A stretch of 62,072 bases of DNA, the filler included, from Collodictyon triciliatum (lineage: Eukaryota), in assembly GCA_043381765.1 (NCBI GenBank). It is 4 parts of 4 records of this genome, joined end to end, with 100 filler letters (N's around TTAATTAATTAA, not from the genome) between each part and the next. Parts side by side here need not be neighbours in the genome. Positions count along the whole stretch, not along the records: positions 45,511 to 62,072 come from JBHJMP010001011.1; 3 more parts are not named here. One strand, given 5' to 3'. Under the pieces are notes generated by a model. It saw nothing but the letters and a program-made list of their open reading frames with translations. It was not told where the DNA came from and made no database searches. Positions 53,454 to 62,072 of this stretch are shown one piece after another; the first letter of the stretch is position 1; each line of letters begins with the position of its first letter. Made by a program: the position numbers and the translations under genes.

Positions 53454-56400
53454 CTATTCCAAAGATTCCTCCTCCAAGATTTCACCATCAATGCTCTCTA
53501 GCGAGTCATTAATATCTGCGATGGACTCCTCCACGAAATCCTCCACTGGAGTTGTATTTTCTGTGCTGCGTGGAGTTTGTGGTTCAGCCGATGGTGAGGC
53601 TTCTTGAGGGGAATGACCGGAAGAAGATGGTGCGGATGCAGCATCTCCTGTGCAGTCTTCGTATTCTCCATGGTATGCCTTTTGGTCAAACTTCGAACCT
53701 ATCGTCGGGGGGCCATGCGAGAATTTGAGTTGGCTGTGGGTTTCATCCGCGTGTGTATCCCCAACTTGGCATACTTCATCCAGGGATAGCTGACGAAGTT
53801 GCTCGAGTTTAAGGGGTGGTATGACGAAACTAACATTTTTTGTATCATTTTTATTGCCTCGACTACTTGAGGGTCTTTGGAAGGGTTCGTCCATATTGCT
53901 TAGTTCATCACAGCTACTGCTATCCTCAACTTGGGGCTTTACCGAACGCCAAGGCTGTCTTGGTAGCCCTTGTTCAATATCTGCGACTACTTGTTTTGTA
54001 TGTTCTTTTGCTACAATTTGATTCAATTCCTTTCTTTTGATGACTAAAAAAATAACGCCAATGGTAGTCATTAAGAGGCCGGCACCACCCAGAACTGCAC
54101 CGATAATTTGTCCAATTATCCCATCCTCGATCTCTTTCTTTGGTCCAGGGAACTTGGTTACAGGATTCATAATGACTGCAAAAGAATCTAAGTGGTCACA
54201 AACGCAGCTAACTTTGTTGATGAGGGTGATGTTCGAGATGCGGGTGAAATTCAAAGCGTGGGTAGCATTAAAGATTTGCGTGATATTACAACCCAGTGGT
54301 GACCAATTTAAAGTATCTTTTCTATAGGATTGACAGCTTAAATCATATTGTGAATGCTTTGATTCCAGTGACTGTTTCCTAGGTAATAACAATTTATTTG
54401 AATTTTCGTTGGGTAGATTCGAAACGTAAATTTCCGTGTAGTTAGTAGAGGGGTCCTCTAATACAATAGAGATAACGTCAGAATAGAGGCTTCCTTTGCT
54501 TAGGGGTGGAAAGAGCTCCTCGGTAATTATCACATGTTGTATGATAAAATCATAATTTCTATAAGCAAGTCCGCTAAGTTGCAGACTGGCCTCACCGTTA
54601 CTGTTTTTCATTTTGATCATGGATATTTTTGCGTCAGGACACAATATAACGGCCTTGCTTTGAAGAGCTATGCCGTTGGTGACATAAGCATCATCTTCAC
54701 ATTGAGAAAGCAAAAGCCCGGCTCTTGACATCACTTTTACAGAGTCAATATATATTCCCATTACTTCTGCTGGCGACTTAGATGATGAATTTGACGTGCG
54801 AACTTCAATCACTCGGAGTTTTGAAGCGTGGTAAAGAATTTCAAAACAGGATGATAGGGCTATACCAGTGTTTGGAGTTGCAGAGATGGAGGAGTAATTT
54901 TCTACATTTTATTTAAAAAGTAAAAAGAAAAAGAAAAGTTAATTAGAAAAAAAAAGAAGTAAACAAACATACGATAAATTTTTTTTTTTTAAAAAAAACA
55001 GGAAATTTCAAGTCACATGTCCATCATAAGTACTATAAAGCCAGTTGAGATATATATTATTATGATATCATATTAAGATTAGTCAACTCACCGATTACAT
55101 ATTTTAAATGCAACGATGCTTCGCCAATAAATTCCATACTTATGCAAACATCCGATATTATCTGGGAATGTTGTTGAAAAATTGCGTCAACTTGGTTTGC
55201 ATCAGTAAATAATTGGCCTTCATCAGCCACTTTAAGCATTTTAAAAACTTTGTATCGCATATCGCCCGCGTGAAGTTGATTTGCAGCACAGGAAGTTGAC
55301 TTTTGTTTGATAACAATCCCTTTCAAAATGTTCATAGTACCAGAATTGTATTGATAAAAAAGGTCATAATCACCCAAATTAAGGGCGTCATTCATTTCGT
55401 TGTCAATAATTCTGGATGCAGTAGACAATCTCTGCAGTTCATTATCGAATAAAAGAGGCTTTACTCTGACACTTCTTGAAACCCTCAACATATTCCCAAC
55501 GGAATCATTGATTAGGACAAACACCTCCAAGTAGGTATAGATTGAATCTTCCTCAATCATCTCACCGGCTGGTAAAACTATACTTCTAATACAAATCGAT
55601 GAAAATCCCGAAACGACAAGGTCAGATTCCCCAGATTTTGGAACATATCCAAATGCAAAACTAAGCGGCGTGTTTTGCAACGTCGTTGACCAGCCAACAG
55701 CACTAAAAGCGAAAAAATCCATCTGATTTCCGCCATCCGGCGATACTTCAAAATTACCACCATAGGGTAAAACATTTGTTTTGAATGAAATTTCAGAGTA
55801 TCCAATATCACCAGATTTTAAATCTTGTGCAGTACAACGAAGGGTGTAATATATGTTTTGTTTGAGCTTTCCTGCTGGGATAGTCAGTCTTGGAGTGCTA
55901 ATGCTGGATAAACTAATACTAATATCGCTTGTTGATGAATTCTCTTCTCTTGCACTCCAAGAATAAACCAATGGATTGTTTATCGGTGACTTTGCGGATG
56001 CCGAAATCCGAAGAGGACTGGACACAGATGGATAAAGCTGCTTTAAAGGGCTCATTTCTACTATCGGAGGATCTCCATCAACAACTACTACAAGTTTAAA
56101 GGTAGAAACAGCAGAATAATTTTCGTCTTGATGACCCACTCTCACAGAAAAATTATAACGCCCTGGTGGCAAAAGAGCAATAGGAGATTGTGGAATGTAT
56201 ACTCTTGGGTGATTTTCGAGAATGAGCTCTGAACCATTCTTATCTAGACATATTTCGTTTGACGGCAGGAAGATGCATGTCCATGAAAAAGACAAAAGGT
56301 TGACATCTTGCTCCTTAACATCGGGGTTAAATGAGGGACTAGCATCAATATAGAATCCTCTCTTTGTTCCGACAACGCTTTCAGAACCACCAGCAATTAT

Positions 56401-59400
56401 AGGTCGCAATCCTGATGAAGCTGCAAGTATACTAACTGTTGCATAATTGCATCTACCAAAGCCGTTATCGTCATTGTGATTTGCACACACTTTGACTTTG
56501 AAAGAGTAAAATTGGAAAGGTTTCATTTGGAAAGGAAGGATAACTAGGGACTTTGCTGACCTTGCAGATGGCTTTATGCTTAACTGTTCCCCTCTCAGTT
56601 GAACCCATTCAAACGAAAATGAAGAGGCATTCAAACAAAATGGTAGTCCCACGATCAAATTTACGACATTGGCCTGGTAAGGGTAAAATATTTTTTCATT
56701 TGACCCATCAATCTGTACATCTGGAATGGCTTTGCTTATTTTTTGAACAGTAATATGTGAAGTGTTGCTGATTCCTGATGGTAAGATTAGGGTCAAATAT
56801 ACTGTATAATTCATTCCATACTTCAAGTCTGCATCCAATTCTAATATTTCCCTAGAGTTATAAATAGCCGATTTCTGAGTATCAGAGAAACTGATATCAG
56901 ATTGTGAAGGTACCAAAGTCCAGTTATATTCGACGTTGGGGCATACGCTATCCGCAATTATCGATGAAAAAGAATTAACGGTTAATTTTGAGCATTTTCC
57001 TATTACTTGCGGCCCACTCAGTTTGACATGTATGCTAGTTTTAGGGTTATTTAATGATATTACAACAGAGCCATTAAATGAGATCATATCTTGGGGATTT
57101 TCACCAGCCATCAAAACATTCGGACGTAAAATTAACGTTTGTCCGATTCTAATTTCACCAGAGCATCCGACGTATATAGTAAGATGTTTATCACTGAACC
57201 ATTCACACAGGAGAGTCTTAATATTTTCAAACAATAAACTGCACATAAAACGATTTTGGGTTCCACCTCTATTCGTAGACTCTGAGAAAAGTACAGATAT
57301 GTTTTGCGCAAATGGATCAAAAACAGCCCTTACTATTGTGACATTTAGTTCTTTGGACTCATAAATGGAGTCCCATATAATTATCGGCTGATAGTATCCA
57401 CCAACACCTTTGAAAAAAGTTACTTCTCTATCCATAGATGTATTTCCGTAAGAATCAAACGTTTTCACTTTGACTGCAGTGCCTATGTTGAGCTCCTTTC
57501 TCTTGACTCTCCCTTGCACCTCGTATATTTGATTGCCTATATGAACAGGAGAACATACTATTGTGTCAGAATCTGATTCAACGATGGATCCTTGTTCAAG
57601 ATCTAAATCTTGATTTTGTTTTGTAAGTATGATTAATTGAAGCTCCACGATTGAATGCACGTAATTTCTTGTTGAACTTTCAATTAGTAAAGACAAAGAA
57701 AATTTGCTATCGTGCTTTGTAGGAGGGGAAATGTTGAGTGATAAAAATCTCCACTTTCCTGCAAGCACACGGATGAGAAAAACAGCATCTTGAACTTGTA
57801 TGACTCCATTTTGATCCGCATCAAGATATGACTTTTGCCAATCAGTTATATTTGAATCAATTAAACTAGCCAGATACTGTAGAGTGTATTGGACATCCAG
57901 AACAGAAAATTCACAGTCCCCGTCAGTATTGCCTCGAATTTGGCTAGGGGAACACTCATCTAGTCCATTTTTCTTGGAAATAAACTCAAAGAAACGATTG
58001 AAGTTGACTTTGTATACACTGTCATTCGATGCAGAATCACATTTGACTTCAATCGCTCCTGCTTTGAATCGCCTCGAGGTATCATTTTGCATGAGTGAGC
58101 CGATTTTTGTTCTCTCTTCATTATTTGCATTCATCTTTGAAATGAGTCCAGTCATAGATGTAACACCTTCCCTCTTTCCAAACAGAGTAATAATAGCCAT
58201 CTCTAAGCTATCTCCTTTCGCAACAGATGACGGATTTGCTGCTCCTATTATCCGTAGTGTCCCTGGAGGGTCATTGAGTGAGACTTCAAACTGTCCTCCG
58301 GGCCAATTGCTTCCTGTGCTGTATGAAAAAGCGTCCAAAATGTCATTATCATAAAATATGCTAAGGTCGAAGCTGCCGATAGACCAAGAGCCTGTGTTCA
58401 ATATTATCGGAATGGATATTGATGCTCCTACTAAAATAGGAGGGATTGGCGGGCCTTGCTTGAATCCTATATCTACGTCACCTACTTCTGGCAAGAGATT
58501 TGCATACATTTGGAGTGTCGAACGCTGGTGATTGCATGCAGTTATTGATATTGTTATGAAATGAAAGGAATTATCAAGCAACTTGACGATACCAAGATTT
58601 TTGTCAACTACTATTATGGAAGGGTAATCAGACTCGTATGTAAAAAGTCCGGCCACTGTATTTGCTTTGGGGAAAATGGTGCCATCAGTCAGAAAGGCGT
58701 CTACAATTATATATTCAGTGGCACCGATAATCCCAGAAAAAGTTTGAGAGAACTTGGGTTCGATAGAATTCACTCCAACAGATGTATTTGTCACTATTAT
58801 GTCCAACACACACGAGATATCCTTGAACTTTCCGAATATTTTCACTGTCCCAAATCCAATTCCTGTTGGTATGACAAGATTATCATTGATTCTTACTATA
58901 TTTAAATCGATATCTGAGACCATAAATTGAGTTAGTGGTGTTTTTGTTACGTCAATAACAGATCCATCCGTCAGAACTAAAAATAATTCTAGCTGAGCTT
59001 GCTGGTAGATATATGTGCAATCAAGCCGACTTAACAAGTTCTCTGAGAAATCCTTGGAATTTTCGTACGAGGGATACGGTGATGAATTCATGTCAAGATG
59101 ACTAAAAGAAACAACATTGATTATAACAGATGAGTACACACTTATTTCATTTGATAACCTGATTCTCAATTCAGACTGCCCAACGCCTTTACCCGTTGCC
59201 TTGACCTGAACTGAGGACATATTTCTGTGGCTCTGAGATATCACGATTTCGATTAAATCTAATTCGTCAAACGTAACATCATCGTAAATCGTCCTGGAAT
59301 CGAGTGTGTAATCCGATTGTAGACCATTTTCAAAAAATGCCATCACAGATAAAATTGCAGCAGTAGGCATTCCCAGTTCTGTAGAAATGTCATTTCCATG

Positions 59401-61900
59401 AACAATTCGAAGAACATTGGCAGAACCAACAATCTTGGAAATTCTAGGCAGCTTGATACTGACAAGAGCACTTCCATTTTTTACCAGCTTTCCACAGGAA
59501 GACCATGTCACATTTATAAGATACCCACAACCTGTTTCCTGGGCGATGATTTCCATGGGTGATTGCGAAATGCCAACAGAGGTACTCGTCGGTGACAAAG
59601 AAATACCCATAAATTCTGACAGATTCATTCGGTTGCCGTCTGAAAATACTGCAGTTGATATCACATACGCTTTCTTTTTCTCAAAGTTTAAATTTTGGAC
59701 ACCTTTTGCTGAAATTGTGATGACATCAGTAGGGTTAGTAATAAAATCTTTTGATACTTGAACATAGATATCTGTCAGAACAACCGATTCTAGCGCCACA
59801 ATTTGGACGGGTTGGTTTGATACTATTATCTGCAATTCGTTGGATGGAAACCCAACTATAGATATAAAAGTGGACCCAAGGGATATACCATGTAAGCTCG
59901 TACCCGAAACAAGGGCTACTTTTGGGTTTGACGAATGGAACGTCACCAAAGGGGTTATATCAGCCACTAAAGATTCATTTCCAGACGTGAAAGTTACTGA
60001 AGCAGTCAACTTACTTCTTTGATAGGATTGCTTTGTACATGGATATTCCAGCCATCCATAGACTGCATTCAAACTTATATCATCAGATGCTATGTTAACA
60101 TTTGGCCGAGGAACCCATATTTTCAAGGTTGAGGTTGCTGAAAAAGATGAAACAACAATACTCCCAGATTTTGCTGTTTGATTTGCTGATAAGATTATTC
60201 TACATTTTTCAATCGACGCAACCATTTGGTCACTAGATTTACATAAAACAGAAGAACTCACATCTAGTGGTCCTTGAAATTCCCAATATTGAAAAACTTG
60301 AATTTGTACAACTACATTATCTCCAGTGAACATGACGATGTTAAAAACTTCTTGCCTTGATATTGACAAATAGTATCCACGAACTGAATCCTGGGCAAAA
60401 TATACTTCACCGTAATGGGAGGCTTTTGTTCTATCCAAAATGATGCCATTACTTCTGGACAATACAATCGGAATATTCTGAATATCGCTCATTGCCCGAA
60501 TGACAATGCTAATTTGTGAACTCTGTGATTCAAGGACATTCCATACATTCCAAACTACTTCTCCTATTTGGAAGTTTCCCGTCACGCTAGAATCTACTAT
60601 GCCGTTTTGTCGAGTCCAAACCATGACTGCCACATTGTTTTTAATGCTAATAGCTCCATCAAACATTTTATTTCCGTTAATAGAGTCTATTCGAAGTACT
60701 TGCGAATCATAATGAATCATTATATCGATTGCTTCAAGTACTTGTTCACCGGTTATTGCAGAAATAGGAGTCTTGAAGGAATGTAATTTTTTGATAGGGT
60801 GGATTGGGAGCTGCATAGTTATTCCCTTTTGAAGTGCTCCATAATTTGGGACCTTGGTAATCTGAACTTTATCAACGGTAAAAATTTGGTTCTCGAATGT
60901 TATTACTGGGGAAAGTCTTGAAGTCTCTGCCTTAAAAATATCCGTAGGAAGAGGAATGGTTATAAGGCATGGTTCATGGCCACTTGTCAAACATAGGGAT
61001 GAAACCCAGGGAAATTCCTTCAAGTGAGCAGAGACGTAACCTCCTGATGTTTTTGATTCTCCTCTTGCACCGACCAACCAGCCAATAATATTCAATTTTG
61101 GATTTGTCTGATATACGGTGGTAGTTAAACTGAATCCGCGAGCAGAAACAGGCTTTGGTAACAAAGTATTCAAGTATATTTCTGATGTTAAGTTCCCGGT
61201 AGTTATCTTGAAATTGACAGCTTTTTCGGAATGAAGAACACCTGTAATGCTCTGACTTTGTTGGTACTTCGAAAAATGCATTGGGGCCTCTTTAAGAAAT
61301 CCACCGCCAATCTCAGAAGCATAGAATTTGAAATCGATTGATGGATTGTTGGAACTGCATGTTCCGCACGCATTTTTTGTCTGACCTGAGATGCACTCTG
61401 TAGTATTGACAATGATGGTCTGTAAAGGTGACTCAGAAGGCAAAAAAGTATCCGTTTGAGATGGTATATCTGCTATATCCATATGTTCGCTCCTGTGGAA
61501 TGAAAGAAGGAGGTATTTAAAAATGGAACATCTCTAGGGCAATTTTGTGCAATTTGATTCTGAGGTTATAGTTGTAGTGATTAATTGTACTTTTTTTTAC
61601 TCTGGCGCATTTTTTTTGCATGTCCCAGACTTAGACATGAAATGGGATACCGAGCCGATATACTTCCGTTGAAGCTCGATGATTTTTTCCTTTCTACAAC
61701 ATTAGAGGGATTAATACAAAAATGTATTTAAGGGTTGGCATAGATGTATCTTATTTTTCATGAGTACCATGCAATATTCACAAATTAAATGTAGAAGCTC
61801 CATTGCATTTCTGGTATAAAAACAAAAACAAAGAAGGATTGAGGATTGTAGAGGTACCCGAGGTGTAACTTTGTTGTGAGCATTGATCCTACATGAGAAA
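53454..61900 (-). CDS. Giant type I membrane protein: TMEM132-like cohesin + Ig (BIG) repeats, second cohesin, dockerin, PKD/REJ, GAIN/GPS, one TM, acidic cytoplasmic tail (5' end probably beyond the window)
   Basis: A 6.4-kb exon (61492-55092) joins in phase through GT-AG intron 55091-54902 to the last exon (54901-53454); short candidate exons lie upstream. Motifs: LCKSSD..KC..LKIWVPR..SDDISLNAVYGW..C..YQ (TMEM132-like); SIPIILNTG..GSFDLSIFYDNDIL (cohesin); GNTDGDCEFSVLDV..DADQNGVIQVQDAVFL (dockerin); IAGGS..IDASPSFNPD..FSWTC and PYGGNFEVSP..F..GW..PLSFAF (REJ); C..W...GC..CVCDHLDSFAVIM (GPS); IIGAVLGGAGLLMTTIGVIFLVI-KRK (TM). Confidence 0.85.
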
Positions 61901-61973
61901 ATAGGATAAGTAAGATAGGAAGGGAAAGGATTGTTCAAATTTTATGAGGCACAATTTTCAAAAGTGAGCAAGA

Positions 61974-62072
61974 AACAAACAAACAAACAAACAAACAAAC
62001 AAACAAACAAACAAACAAACAAACAAACAAACAAACAAACAAAACAAAACAAAACAAAACAAAACAAAACAA
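61974..62072. repeat. (CAAA)n/(CAAAA)n microsatellite at the window end
   Basis: Perfect tandem repeats, probably intronic in the giant receptor gene. Confidence 0.9.

Overview
Scaffold fragment from an intron-rich eukaryote, probably a flagellated protist. Introns are AT-rich, mostly GT-AG and full of microsatellites. There are several N-gaps, three of them artificial 100-nt linkers carrying TTAATTAATTAA. Genes reconstructed by hand-splicing, in order: a MARK/SNF1-type kinase; the 3' half of a MutS1/MSH1-like gene ending in an AT-hook; an uncharacterised helical protein with an internal ~245-aa duplication; an SLC25A44-like mitochondrial carrier; an intronless GC-rich 2R-Myb; an unknown coiled-coil gene; a Ska1/Ska3-like subunit; HAUS5 (augmin); an intronless PHO80/U-type cyclin; CNOT3; TRAP-alpha/SSR1; the 3' end of a MUN/MHD2-domain gene; an axonemal-dynein-light-chain-domain coiled-coil gene; tRNA-Asn(GTT); and a >2600-aa single-pass surface protein. 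Two observations stand out. (1) The surface protein appears to combine a TMEM132-like cohesin/Ig region, a second cohesin, a bacterial-type dockerin, PKD/REJ and a GAIN/GPS domain with a non-canonical HL|D site. (2) Four tiny (22-49 nt) poly(A)-tailed insertions in two families are each flanked by 15-20 bp target-site duplications. One of them duplicated a splice acceptor in the MutS gene. All family assignments come from visual motif recognition; no database search was run.
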